Origin: Candidatus Thorarchaeota archaeon
GTDB taxonomy: Archaea; Asgardarchaeota; Thorarchaeia; Thorarchaeales; Thorarchaeaceae
Length of the DNA: 64,000 bases
Direction: 5' to 3'
Assembly: GCA_048882045.1 (NCBI GenBank)
Contig: JBHLRZ010000002.1
Location: 96,001 to 160,000, forward strand
Shown here piece by piece: positions 1 to 10,497 of this stretch (positions are counted from its first letter, which is position 1; each line of letters begins with the position of its first letter). The notes under the pieces are model-generated. The model saw nothing but the letters and a program-made list of their open reading frames with translations. It was not told the DNA's origin and did not search any database. The position numbers and the translations under genes are program-made.

Positions 1-78
1 TTAGAATCCATCTTGCATCTCACCTTTCCCGATTCTCAATAGGGGGATAATCAGCTCTATTTCAATGATTAGGCTTGA

Positions 79-696
79 TTGACGGTAAGATTAAATCCCA
101 AACATTCTGAAGGCCTAATAGGCCGGGGTCTCCTAGTGGCTATGGAGGCGGTCTCGAAAACCGCTGTCTTCGGACCCATGAGTTCAAAGATTTTCACATT
201 TTGTGAAATCGAACAAGTCTCATCCCCGGCGCCATTTCTCTCATTCAGTAAATCGAACTTATCTCATCCGAAGCTCGGAAATTACGAGGTACAGGATTAT
301 TTCATTCCAAGAGTACCATGTCTTAGGAAAATGTGTAGGGACAATGCCACGTCAACCCGACCTGATCCTGAGGGCCTACAGTTTCTTCTTGGGAAAACCC
401 TGGTAGGCTGGGAGGAAATCAGGCAAGCTCTGGAGTTTGTTGAAGAGCATCGCAAGCTTGGAACACACAACCATCTAAGAATAGAGGTGTACGAATATAG
501 TGAGAGTTCGAATCTAAGAGTAACATTCAGAACTGTTTCAGAACTTGACGAATATCTTCAGTCCCGTTTCAGAGAACTGCTTCTGAAGGGTATTGGGGAT
601 TCACTCAAGTTGGAAGATCTTCAGAAGGCATCTGATGAGGTCTATGCAAGGTTCAACGAAATGAACGATGTTCATGGGCTTGTCCTCTTGAACTAA
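79..696 (+). CDS. hypothetical protein (start uncertain, probably further downstream)
   Basis: 205-aa ORF; C-terminal half looks globular; no recognised motif. Confidence 0.45.
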   Translation: MTVRLNPKHSEGLIGRGLLVAMEAVSKTAVFGPMSSKIFTFCEIEQVSSPAPFLSFSKSNLSHPKLGNYEVQDYFIPRVPCLRKMCRDNATSTRPDPEGLQFLLGKTLVGWEEIRQALEFVEEHRKLGTHNHLRIEVYEYSESSNLRVTFRTVSELDEYLQSRFRELLLKGIGDSLKLEDLQKASDEVYARFNEMNDVHGLVLLN

Positions 697-797
697 ATGA
701 AACCTAGGCGAACACACGGGCTAGTTTTTCGTTGCATGCCCTCATTGTACGAAACTCCCCCCTCCTACCACGACCCTGTGTGTTCACCACCTTCTTC

Positions 798-2411
798 TTA
801 TTGCAAATCCTTGACAAGAAATGGACCAAGGTCTACAAAGCCAAGGTTACGATAGTATTCCTTCACACCGATTCCACTGTTTACCAATATCCGACTCACT
901 CCCAGTTCATCACGACTAATTCGTTCAGCGTCAGAGATGAGTTTCTCTCCCAAACCCAAGTGTTGCCATGCTTGTGGGTCTCTCTCTCCAATCTCAACAA
1001 CAGGCCCATAGACCCTCAGTTCACGAATCAATGAACATGGTAGTTCAGAGATTTCAGGTCGATGAGCATCATCACTGGGGAATCTCAGGCGAAGGAATGC
1101 TAGAATCACATCTAGCTCAGGGATTTCATATGAGAGAAAAAATTCCTTACCGTCGGATGCGGCGTAATCTCTGCGGACGAGTTGAATATCATCGACATCC
1201 ACTCTCTGTTTTGACCGCATGGTGAAGTGACCTATTTCTCTGAATCTGATTGTCGGATTTCTCAATCCATCAGATTGCATTTTCCTATGAACAAGTTCAC
1301 GGAGGTTTCCAACGTCGAGACCAGCTTCAATCTGATGGAGAGGTATGTCGCGCTGCATTCGTTGTATGCGTACATACTCAGGCATCCTATTCACTGCCCT
1401 AGAAACCAAATCAACCACTTGATCTGATGTGTAGGGTTTGTATTCACCAGCCAACCACCAGTCGTATAGTTTCGTGTTCTTGACAACAATCGTTGGGTAT
1501 ATCTTCAGCATATCAGGTTGGAATCGAGGATCAGAGAACAGTAGGTCGAAGGTCTTCATATCACTCTCAAGGTCTGATCCAGGCAAGCCTGGCATTATGT
1601 GATAACAGACCTTGAGACCGCTGTCACGGAGCATCTTTGAAGCTACGGAAGTTTCGATGACTCCATGACCCCGCTCCACTCTCTGTAAAACGCTGTCGGA
1701 GAGAGTCTGGACACCAATCTCCACACGCGTAGCACCCATATCGAGCATGCTGTCAATGCTCACATGAGTCACCCAGTCTGGACGGGTTTCGAACGTGAGT
1801 CCGACATTACGCACCTCGGCTGTTTCATTCCTCTTTTTGGCCTGATTGAGGTCTGTACTAGTAGACCTGTTCATGGCATCTAAACAGCCTTTCACAAAGA
1901 ATCTTTGATACTCAGGGGGTTTGGAACACCAATCTCCTCCCATCACAATCAGTTCGACTTTGTTGATACTGTGTCCAATTGTAGCCAGCTGAGTGAGGCG
2001 ACCCTCGACCTGCCGATACGGGTCGAAGTTGTTCTGAATACCTCTCATGGTTGCTGGTTCGTGACCAGTGTAGCTCTGAGGAACACCAAGCTCTGGACCC
2101 CCGGGGCAGTATGCACACTTTCCATGAGGACATTCATGAGGAGTAGTCATGGTTGCGACAACTGCAACACCTGAAACTGTTCGTACTGGACGTTTCTGAA
2201 GGAACGGTCTGAGAATGTCAGCCTCTTCAGGAATTGTAGCCTGAAGAATGTCGGCGTTTGTAGGTGTCTGTGAACGTTTGTATTTCGCACAAACTCTGTT
2301 CTTTATCCGATTGACGACTTTGCGATTGAGAGGTTCATCTGAACTGAGTAGTGCATCTACTATCTCCCGATGAACTTTGTAGTCGTCATCTTGCATGAAT
2401 GTGTCTATCAA
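798..2411 (-). CDS. elp3: Elp3 tRNA uridine(34) acetyltransferase (radical SAM + KAT)
   Basis: RTVSGVAVV, CPHGKCAYCPGG, ETRPD, KIYPT, C-terminal GNAT QHLGLG and GIGVKEYYRNLGF. Confidence 0.95.
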   Translation of the reverse strand: MIDTFMQDDDYKVHREIVDALLSSDEPLNRKVVNRIKNRVCAKYKRSQTPTNADILQATIPEEADILRPFLQKRPVRTVSGVAVVATMTTPHECPHGKCAYCPGGPELGVPQSYTGHEPATMRGIQNNFDPYRQVEGRLTQLATIGHSINKVELIVMGGDWCSKPPEYQRFFVKGCLDAMNRSTSTDLNQAKKRNETAEVRNVGLTFETRPDWVTHVSIDSMLDMGATRVEIGVQTLSDSVLQRVERGHGVIETSVASKMLRDSGLKVCYHIMPGLPGSDLESDMKTFDLLFSDPRFQPDMLKIYPTIVVKNTKLYDWWLAGEYKPYTSDQVVDLVSRAVNRMPEYVRIQRMQRDIPLHQIEAGLDVGNLRELVHRKMQSDGLRNPTIRFREIGHFTMRSKQRVDVDDIQLVRRDYAASDGKEFFLSYEIPELDVILAFLRLRFPSDDAHRPEISELPCSLIRELRVYGPVVEIGERDPQAWQHLGLGEKLISDAERISRDELGVSRILVNSGIGVKEYYRNLGFVDLGPFLVKDLQ

Positions 2412-2441
2412 GCTTTTCAGATTAATAGACTGTGGTGTGGG

Positions 2442-3014
2442 TCACTTCTTGGGAATAGTACTCATTTCATCCAAGGTCGGTTTATTGAGAGTCGAAATCT
2501 CCTCTTCTGAGCCGACATAGACTCCGTGAACCTCAATTCCAAAGCGTTTGCAGACGTCCTGTAGTGTAGAAACAGCAGTCTTTGTCCAACCAGAAACATC
2601 GAGCTCTCCCGGAACTGCTACTTCTCTCACCATTATACTAAATGGCTTGACATGATCTGCAGTCAGTACTCTCGCAACCATTGATAGGACGAGTCTTCTC
2701 TCTTCATTGAGAGACTGTGCATATACTATTATCAGCCTGTCTACAGCCTCAGGAGTTCCTAGGGCAACAAGTGTACTGATAGCTGTTAACCACTCTTCAT
2801 AATCATCTGTACTCAACAACACTTCGCAGTAGTCCATCAGTTGAGGGTCTCGCCGTCGAGCAAGCTCTTGAAGGGCTGGTTTCCTTAGAACAAGATGTAC
2901 GGTTTCATCATTGACCAGATTCCACAGCCGCGCACTATCGACATCAACATAAAGAGGGGTGTAGTTTTCGATACGGGGAGGTGTCGACAAGAGCCGCAGC
3001 TGTGGTCGGGTCAT
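2442..3014 (-). CDS. hypothetical protein, HEAT-like helical repeats
   Basis: 190 aa; AISTLVALGTPEAVDRL resembles a HEAT/PBS-lyase repeat. Confidence 0.55.
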   Translation of the reverse strand: MTRPQLRLLSTPPRIENYTPLYVDVDSARLWNLVNDETVHLVLRKPALQELARRRDPQLMDYCEVLLSTDDYEEWLTAISTLVALGTPEAVDRLIIVYAQSLNEERRLVLSMVARVLTADHVKPFSIMVREVAVPGELDVSGWTKTAVSTLQDVCKRFGIEVHGVYVGSEEEISTLNKPTLDEMSTIPKK

Positions 3015-3318
3015 GTATACCGGTCTAGTTCGATGCTATTAAGGTCGTACAGGAGAGTCAATTGGATAGGTTTTTATGAGAACTTTTCAGACTCACGGTT
3101 AGAGCCCAACAAGGGGATAACAAGATGCCTGGTTCACACGGTTCACTAACAAAGGCTGGAAAAGTTCGCGAGTCAACACCAAAAGTACGGGGTCGTGAAC
3201 GACACACACCAATTCCTCGCATTCGAAATAAGAGGAACTATGTCAAGAGATTTGTGCGTGGACAGACTATTGGTGTAAAGAAGTAGGCAGTTCTTCTTCG
3301 TTCGTAATTTTGCATTAA

Positions 3319-5025
3319 TCATGTCTGATTTAGTTGCTCTTCCACATTCCAAGGACGCCATGGTTTACGTTCTTTCTTGTTCGAATATCTCGACTCATAG
3401 CGATGGTAGGTTTCAGGTGTAATCTCTGATGCCACTGCTGGACAAAACTTCAGGATGATTGACACATCTCCAACTACCTGTCTTGCCAATGTTTCAAGAT
3501 GATTTCTTGTCAGAATTCCAGGATTAGGTTTCATGGTCTTGTAATCCTGTAGAAGATCTTCTATGACCTGCTGTTGCTCCGCAAGTTTTCTCATGTATCT
3601 CCAGATCCTAAACTCGGATCCTATCTGGCCAAACTGGTTTCGTATACTCCTACTCACTAGACCTGTCTTGAAATGGGGTGACAGAGTTGTTCGGAATACT
3701 CCCTTCGGATGTGAGATGACATCTACACTCAGTTTAGTGATAAAACGGTCTTCCAAAGGACCCACAGTAATGAGCTGTTCTGGGGCTTCTATCCCAAGAG
3801 CCTGAAGAGTCTGGTCAGAAATAGAAACATTGGACCAATCCATGTGTAATTGCTTTGCCCTCAGGACCATGGCCTGAGTGAGTGTCTTTAGACCTATGAA
3901 GGGACGTAGGAAGGACTCTGTGGTCTTCTTCTTTACAATATATTTGTCAATCTTGGATGCAGTTTCACGATAGGGTTCAATCTCAATCCATTCACTTCCT
4001 ACAGCTCCTCGTTTTACCAGCCAATAGATATGAATTCCACGAGACCCGCTGAATTTTATCGCAGGAGAAGGCCATTGCAGCTGAGTTCCAAGTTGTAGGA
4101 TTGCATCGACTAGCGTACATTGTAGGGACCAAGTAACCTCTGGACCAAGTAGAGACTGCAATAACCAACGAGAATCTAGGTCGATACAGACCTTACCAAC
4201 TTCGTTGTCTATAGTTTCACATGAACTATAGAATGCATAGAATCCATTCTCCTCAACAAGACTGATGACATCTGAGGGGGTGTTGATCGAAAGGTGCTCT
4301 TTGGAACCCTTGTTGTATAGGTATCGCCTAACTGTCTTCTCTCCCCTTTGAGCCTTGTCCGCCTTCATGTAGAATCCCCTGCACTCCTCCACAATTTGCT
4401 CTGCAACTCCAGGGGTATGAAAGTAGTCAATGGCTTCAGCACGGTTGTCCTCACGCAACCAGTGTTGCCAAGGAATCTTCCTTCCTTTTTCTTGGTGAAC
4501 TATCACATCATCAGGATTGGGAGGAATTGTAGCCCAAGTGGATAGATTTGCACTCTCAGCATACTGGAACCAGTCCGGCGTAATCATCTTGAGTAGAACT
4601 CTCAGCACCATCATCGTGGAGAGGAATGACTCACGGCAAGGTATAGACACCTCGATTGATCTGAGTAGTTGATACTGTCCCTTTCGCACTGCTGTAGTGA
4701 TTCTATGAGGCAGTGTACTGTAAGCAAAGTCCAACACATTGAACATACTAGATCTGAGGTTCGTGATAGCCCAGTCAACATCACTGAATCGTTTGTGTAT
4801 CTTTTCTGTCAGTTTCTCAACTCGGTGGTTCCATCCATAATTGGCGCTTTCCAACAACTCTTGATCAGGATAGACCAAATCAAGTGTACAACCTACATAT
4901 CCGTCAATATGATTCTGAGATGCAAAGTCAGTAAGAGCAGTTATCGCATTGTCAACTAGAGAGTCAAAGTCAATGATCCTATCGAGAAGTTTGATATCAT
5001 AAGTCCGGGTCGTTTTGTAGGTCAC
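3319..5025 (-). CDS. archaeo-eukaryotic primase (AEP) superfamily protein with unknown N-terminal region
   Basis: Motif I CIDLD, motif II FSGSRGIH, motif III region VDVISHPKGVFRTTLSPHFKTGLVS. Confidence 0.75.
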   Translation of the reverse strand: MTYKTTRTYDIKLLDRIIDFDSLVDNAITALTDFASQNHIDGYVGCTLDLVYPDQELLESANYGWNHRVEKLTEKIHKRFSDVDWAITNLRSSMFNVLDFAYSTLPHRITTAVRKGQYQLLRSIEVSIPCRESFLSTMMVLRVLLKMITPDWFQYAESANLSTWATIPPNPDDVIVHQEKGRKIPWQHWLREDNRAEAIDYFHTPGVAEQIVEECRGFYMKADKAQRGEKTVRRYLYNKGSKEHLSINTPSDVISLVEENGFYAFYSSCETIDNEVGKVCIDLDSRWLLQSLLGPEVTWSLQCTLVDAILQLGTQLQWPSPAIKFSGSRGIHIYWLVKRGAVGSEWIEIEPYRETASKIDKYIVKKKTTESFLRPFIGLKTLTQAMVLRAKQLHMDWSNVSISDQTLQALGIEAPEQLITVGPLEDRFITKLSVDVISHPKGVFRTTLSPHFKTGLVSRSIRNQFGQIGSEFRIWRYMRKLAEQQQVIEDLLQDYKTMKPNPGILTRNHLETLARQVVGDVSIILKFCPAVASEITPETYHRYESRYSNKKERKPWRPWNVEEQLNQT

Positions 5026-5425
5026 TGAATCATCTCCAGTCTACATTTTCAGCAAATCGGAAATTCTAAGCAATTTTGGATACGGCGAGTGTCAATTTAC
5101 GCACCTGTAGTTGCAAAAACAATACTTTCGGACATGACCCTACATAGTGTAGTTGTTTGGGGTGCTTATTAGGTGTCGTTGAGCACAGTAATGGGTTTTG
5201 TAGGTCCTTTTCAATGTCAAACAATACTTGATTTTGGTGTATAAGATGTGTAAAACAATAGTTCTCAAGAATGGTACACGATGGAAATCTGTCGGAGAAG
5301 CAGGAAATCATCACATCACCAATGGTGAGATGGTACTCATTTGCCCATCGTGTCACAAAGCGTATGTAGTACAAAGCTGACCATCTGTCCGAATGGTAAT
5401 AAGTCGCGAAACCCCAAGATGAAAC

Positions 5426-6100
5426 ATGACTAGTGAGAACCGTCTCTACGGAACAGCAGGTGTGGATGAGGCTGGTCGAGGTCCAATGATTGGACCACTG
5501 GTCATTTGTGGAATATTAATAGATCCGGAAAAGATTCCTGAGCTAGAAAAAATAGGTGCAAGAGATTCAAAGACACTATCACCATCTCGACGTCTGACTC
5601 TGAACAAGAAGATTAGAAGCATTACCAGAAGAGTTCAGATCAGAGCCGTATCAGCAGCTGCCATCGATCAACTGAGAAAGCGGACAACGTTGAACGAGAT
5701 TGAAGTTACAGAGTTTGTTTCTGTAATCAAGTCTTTGAAACCACAGAAAGTATATCTCGACGCTGCAGATGTGAACGCAAAGCGTTTTGGAAACAAGATT
5801 GGTGATTTGAGTGGCATAACAGCCTTGGGTGCAGTAATCGTTTCAGAACACAAAGCTGACTCAAAGTTTCCTATTGTTTCAGCTGCATCTATCCTAGCAA
5901 AGGTTGAGCGTGACCGTATTATCGAAGAGCTGCATATGAAGTATGGAGATTTCGGTTCTGGATACCCCTCTGACCCAAAGACAATCAGCTTCGTAAGAAA
6001 CCTGTTCGAGAAGGGTCTTGTATTGCCACCAATTATACGACAGAGCTGGGATTCGGTTAGGAAAATTCGCGAGTCGGTAGAACAGTCGACACTTGACTAG
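5426..6100 (+). CDS. rnhB: ribonuclease HII
   Basis: GVDEAGRGP, DSK, KAD...VSAASILAK, GSGYPSDP. Confidence 0.97.
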   Translation: MTSENRLYGTAGVDEAGRGPMIGPLVICGILIDPEKIPELEKIGARDSKTLSPSRRLTLNKKIRSITRRVQIRAVSAAAIDQLRKRTTLNEIEVTEFVSVIKSLKPQKVYLDAADVNAKRFGNKIGDLSGITALGAVIVSEHKADSKFPIVSAASILAKVERDRIIEELHMKYGDFGSGYPSDPKTISFVRNLFEKGLVLPPIIRQSWDSVRKIRESVEQSTLD

Positions 6101-6106
6101 TCTTAG

Positions 6107-7081
6107 CTACTGATTCGACCGCTCCTCAATTATCTTCTTGAGCTCACGAGGTTTATCAATGTGGTCTAGCTCAAGCTGGCGAATTACAGGAAGATCTGAT
6201 ACACACTCTTCAGCCTGCCCCTCTTCAACAATGAGGACAGCATTTGATTCCGTTACCTTTGAAACGCTTTTCAGAATTTCAACACGTTTCTTCAGAGACT
6301 GACTCCTAATTGATCCAACTCCTGACATAAGTGGAAGGCCATCTTCCTTTGCTGCAATGTGAAATGGTGCTCTGTCAGTCCAGAGTACTCGCATCCCTAA
6401 TCTTTCAAAGAAATGGTTCACTCTTAGCTCCAAATCCGGAATGTCCTGTGGACTGACGGGTTGTTTCAGGGTCTTCTCATCAATACGTCCATGCAGCAAG
6501 TCTATAGGAATTATCAGATCTGTTTCGAGAACTTCTTCTAATCGCTCAGCGATGTCTGTACTTACCCCCATCTGATCGTTCTCATATGCAAGCACTGCTC
6601 TGGCTGAAACCTGAACACATTCCGCCAGTCTACCTGTGGATAAGTTCTGTTCCAGTCTTGCCTTGCGTAACTTCTCACCATCTATCGCTACAAATCGACC
6701 ACCTTTCTGACTGAACTCTCTGGGCATCTGCTCTTCCGCAATCATGCTTTGAAAACTGGGTGGTGCGATAGTAGATACTCCATACCGTTTATACACAACT
6801 CCAGGGTCAAGCTCCCCTTTTCTGGTCTTTTCTCCAACTACCAAGGGTGTTGCATTGAAGAAATGTGCAACGAGTTGCAACGCCATCGCATCATGGCTGG
6901 TGAGTACATCGATGTTAGCTAGTACTTTGACAAGAATCAGTTTGTTTCCCTTACGGGCAACCAGATCAAAGCAACTAGGTCTCACATCACACTGTGAAGA
7001 GAGACTGAACCCAGCATCTTCTAACTGTGAAATTACCTCATTTGTTAGCTGGGTACGTGCTTTTGTCAACTTAGACTCCAT
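6107..7081 (-). CDS. archaeal XRE-HTH transcriptional regulator (COG1395-like)
   Basis: SCFDLVARK...KVLANID N-terminus; central HTH LRKARLEQNLSTGRLAECVQVSARAVLAYE. Confidence 0.85.
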   Translation of the reverse strand: MESKLTKARTQLTNEVISQLEDAGFSLSSQCDVRPSCFDLVARKGNKLILVKVLANIDVLTSHDAMALQLVAHFFNATPLVVGEKTRKGELDPGVVYKRYGVSTIAPPSFQSMIAEEQMPREFSQKGGRFVAIDGEKLRKARLEQNLSTGRLAECVQVSARAVLAYENDQMGVSTDIAERLEEVLETDLIIPIDLLHGRIDEKTLKQPVSPQDIPDLELRVNHFFERLGMRVLWTDRAPFHIAAKEDGLPLMSGVGSIRSQSLKKRVEILKSVSKVTESNAVLIVEEGQAEECVSDLPVIRQLELDHIDKPRELKKIIEERSNQ

Positions 7082-7131
7082 GCTCTGTTCCGTGTTGAAC
7101 CTTTTTCAGCCTATCTAATGGTGAAAACAAC

Positions 7132-7596
7132 TCAATTTTCGGCAGTTCGTAACTCTTTTCCTTTGGTTGTCATGGTAATACCGATGGTTGTGGTAGACGG
7201 CAGTTTCCGTCTTAACAACTGAACCTGAGGACGTGCAAGTCGTTCTACTGGTTGCCAGCTCCCAAGCTCCTCCCAGCTTAGGTCAACATATCCTAGGACT
7301 CTATGAATCGTGAACAGCTCTACCTTGCTTCCTGCAACTGTATAGATTCCTTCCCCGTAATCCAATCTACGTAGAAGAACGATAGGAAGGAGAATATCAT
7401 CGTGGAAATTTGGAGGCACCTCTGTCGCTAATTTCACAAGCTCCTCCTTCCTGAATTCGGAGAACTGCCCATCCCGAGTTTTGAATTTTGGCGATTCTAA
7501 TCCAATCAACTCAGAAAGGGGATGTTTAGCTTCAGGCAGATGATCATTGAGAGTATCGATATCTCGTTCAATCATTTTCTCAATAAAGGGACTCAC
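7132..7596 (-). CDS. DUF61/UPF0216 family protein
   Basis: LNDHLP, RDG...F.KEEL, ILLPIVL; usual position next to fibrillarin. Confidence 0.75.
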   Translation of the reverse strand: MSPFIEKMIERDIDTLNDHLPEAKHPLSELIGLESPKFKTRDGQFSEFRKEELVKLATEVPPNFHDDILLPIVLLRRLDYGEGIYTVAGSKVELFTIHRVLGYVDLSWEELGSWQPVERLARPQVQLLRRKLPSTTTIGITMTTKGKELRTAEN

Positions 7597-8288
7597 TTTA
7601 GTTCCTCCGATACTCTACAAACAATGAACCTGTGGTCCTTCTCAAGGGGATTCAAATCCACATTTTCCACTATTTGTAATCCAAAGTTGTCCAGTGTTGC
7701 TATCTCTTTGCTATAGATCTCATCAAGACTTGATGCTGAGTCGATACTTCGAGCCTTGATTGCCAACATGCCCCATGCACCGAAAGAGCAGAAGGTCTTT
7801 AGATTCTCATAGAGAATGTTTGCTTGATCAGGCTGGGCTACATCCTGATACACCACCTCTATGGGTCCTGCAACGACAGATGCATATCTCGTGGGATGTC
7901 GCGCATCTTCGATGATTGGGAAAATATTGGTTCGATCTGCAGCCAGATGAACAAGGTTTCGAGCTGTTCTTTCAGAAAACTCGACAGCATAGATTGATCC
8001 ATTGTTGCCAACAATGTCAGAACAGTGACTCACTGTTGTTCCTGAAGCAGCTCCTAAGTAAAGAATCTTTGATCCAGGCTGAATTGGCATTTCTGAGAGA
8101 CCATTCCTCAATGCAGCAGCTAGTTTTGATCTTCTAGGCGACCAGACTCTGTATTCTTTGTTTTCGATGTTGATGAGTTTCTCCCCGTAGACACTTGATC
8201 CTGGTACAAGAGACTGAGTGCAGAATGATATACGATCATTATCCTTGATCGAAAAGACTCCCGGAAATTTCGATTGCGAAACATTCAT
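7593..8288 (-). CDS. flpA: fibrillarin-like rRNA/tRNA 2'-O-methyltransferase
   Basis: VYGE, YRVWSPRRSKLAAA, LYLGAASGTTVSH, DVAQPDQ. Confidence 0.97.
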   Translation of the reverse strand: MNVSQSKFPGVFSIKDNDRISFCTQSLVPGSSVYGEKLINIENKEYRVWSPRRSKLAAALRNGLSEMPIQPGSKILYLGAASGTTVSHCSDIVGNNGSIYAVEFSERTARNLVHLAADRTNIFPIIEDARHPTRYASVVAGPIEVVYQDVAQPDQANILYENLKTFCSFGAWGMLAIKARSIDSASSLDEIYSKEIATLDNFGLQIVENVDLNPLEKDHRFIVCRVSEELK

Positions 8289-9514
8289 TGTCCACGCCCT
8301 CCGTGTCTTCTTTTTGGTTTTCTTCCTTTTCTAATCTGTTTCTTCTTTTGAGGAGGTTTAGGTTTGGGTGGAGGTGCCTCAGGATTCTGTCGTTTAATCT
8401 CTTCAACTCTTGATAGGAACTCTTCTCTTAGTTTTTCACCTACATTTCTATCAGAATATGCATCAATCCGTGCTGCAATAGACAACTTTCCAGCCAAGGA
8501 TCTGGCGATTTTACCCCTCTGCCAGTATGGTGCAGAATTCACTTCAGCCACACGATAGATTATTCCATGTTTTGGAGGGTCCGTACCAGTCTTAAGACTC
8601 CTAAAGAGTGCCTTTTCTGCTCCAAATACCTGAACTGTACTAGATGGTTTCTGTGCCAGGTCTTTGAGAGAACCAGCCAGACTAATCAGACGCGCTCCAA
8701 TCAGAGGACCTGCTAATGCGCTCAAATTTGGTGCAACGGTTGACATCATTGAAGTGATGTATTCTTCAAGTTCAGTCCTCGTATTATACAAATCATCCAC
8801 AGTATTTGCAAGCCGACTAATAGCCTTGAGATCTGTTTCTGAGAATTCTGCTCCAATATCCCCTGTAATCGCTTTCATTATCTGTTCTGCAACAGTAGGA
8901 GTGACTCCTGCAGCCTTAATTTGATCTTTTGTGATTGAGGATTTCCCTGTACTCGCATTTAGAATGTGGGCAAATTGTTCTTGGTCCTCTACAAGTCTAC
9001 TAAGAGAGGGATGGTGCAGGGAGTACCACTCACGCAGGCGCATCACAAGCAAGTTGATCGACTTGTCAATCTCATCAACAGCATCTATCGCATTCTTCAC
9101 AAGGACATCTCTCTCCTCACTTGCTGCGCTTATCTTGCTCTTGGCCAATCTAATTGAAACATCACGCCTGAAAGCAGAGATATCATTGGATGATGAAACG
9201 ATGCCCTCACTGATCAAATAGTTGTCTTGGCCATCTCTAAACCACCGTGGTGCAGCACCTGCTTCGACTCGTACCTTGAAGTCTTTGACCTTCGAAAGAG
9301 CCCTTGCGAACATAGGGTCTTCAACCACAACATCTTCTGCTTTTAGACTGCTCAGTGCAGATTTCAGATAGTCAGTAAGTTCTTCATTATTTACTGCCAT
9401 CAGATTTGATGCTGCAACGTCTGAATCAGGGTAAAACAGGTGTTTCGAAGTAACTTCCCCTTGTTCATTAACAATAAAGACTCCGAAAGCTGTTAGTGTG
9501 AGATAAGTTGGCAC
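8285..9514 (-). CDS. nop5: Nop5 (Nop56/58) C/D RNP protein
   Basis: RLREWYSLH, APNLSALAG, GAEKALFR, PKHGIIY, RGKIARSLAGK; basic tail. Confidence 0.96.
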   Translation of the reverse strand: MPTYLTLTAFGVFIVNEQGEVTSKHLFYPDSDVAASNLMAVNNEELTDYLKSALSSLKAEDVVVEDPMFARALSKVKDFKVRVEAGAAPRWFRDGQDNYLISEGIVSSSNDISAFRRDVSIRLAKSKISAASEERDVLVKNAIDAVDEIDKSINLLVMRLREWYSLHHPSLSRLVEDQEQFAHILNASTGKSSITKDQIKAAGVTPTVAEQIMKAITGDIGAEFSETDLKAISRLANTVDDLYNTRTELEEYITSMMSTVAPNLSALAGPLIGARLISLAGSLKDLAQKPSSTVQVFGAEKALFRSLKTGTDPPKHGIIYRVAEVNSAPYWQRGKIARSLAGKLSIAARIDAYSDRNVGEKLREEFLSRVEEIKRQNPEAPPPKPKPPQKKKQIRKGRKPKRRHGGRGQ

Positions 9515-9621
9515 TACAAAACCTTCCTAGTGAGTTCTGGCTGCAAGGTCAGTTGATTTGCGGATAAGTGTGTCCATTGTGCTTATTACCGACTGGTAGT
9601 AAGGTCGGAGGAGGTGAACAC

Positions 9622-10497
9622 TTGAAGATACAGGGGTACTGGCTTGCGTCAGGTATCTTGGGAGTCACAGCATCAACAATGAATCGTGTGCTTGAATCAG
9701 GTGCGGATGCTGTTGTTACAAAGTCGATAGGTGCTAGTCCCAGAAAAGGACATCCAGGACCTGTCATAACATCATCGCATGGTGGTCTCCTTAATGCAGT
9801 TGGACTGACCAATCCAGGGATTGACGCTTTTAGTGACGAGATGACTATATTGAGGACGATGAAAGTACCAGTCGTGCTCAGCATCTTTGCTAATACTATA
9901 CAGGAAATCTGTGATGTAGCAAAAAAGGGGGAGTCCATGAAGCCACAAGCTATCGAGCTGAACCTTTCTTGTCCACATGCCGAGATAGGCCAGATTGCAC
10001 ACGACCCTGAGATGACCAGGAAATATGTGGAGGCCGTCAAAAATACAGTAGACTGTCCAGTCTTTGCAAAACTCACCCCAAATGCAGCTGACATCTTAGC
10101 AGTGGGTAGGGCAGCAGAAGAGGCAGGAGCAGATGCAATTGTTGCTGTAAACACTGTCCGAGCAATGAAGATTGATATCTACCAGATGCGCCCTGTGCTT
10201 GGAAACGAGGTTGGAGGGCTTTCAGGAGCGCCAATATTTCCAGTAGCTGTCAGATGTGTCTATGATTTGAGTCAGGTCCTAGACATCCCAGTGATTGGTG
10301 TCGGAGGTGTTTCGACCTGGCAGGATGCAGTAGAAATGCATCTAGCAGGTGCTAGTGCTATCCAGATTGGTACTGCATTAATTGATGGACTAGATGTCTT
10401 CTCAAGAATAAAGAATGGAGTCAAAACTTACCTGAAGGAGAAGGGACTCTCAAAAACTTCTGATATTGTGGGTGCAGCCTGGAGGTCTGAAACATGA
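9622..10497 (+). CDS. pyrD: dihydroorotate dehydrogenase 1B, catalytic subunit
   Basis: LASG, NAVGLTNPG, ELNLSCPH, KLTPN, GGLSG; TTG start after GGAGGTGA (ORF track start 9568). Confidence 0.93.
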   Translation: MKIQGYWLASGILGVTASTMNRVLESGADAVVTKSIGASPRKGHPGPVITSSHGGLLNAVGLTNPGIDAFSDEMTILRTMKVPVVLSIFANTIQEICDVAKKGESMKPQAIELNLSCPHAEIGQIAHDPEMTRKYVEAVKNTVDCPVFAKLTPNAADILAVGRAAEEAGADAIVAVNTVRAMKIDIYQMRPVLGNEVGGLSGAPIFPVAVRCVYDLSQVLDIPVIGVGGVSTWQDAVEMHLAGASAIQIGTALIDGLDVFSRIKNGVKTYLKEKGLSKTSDIVGAAWRSET

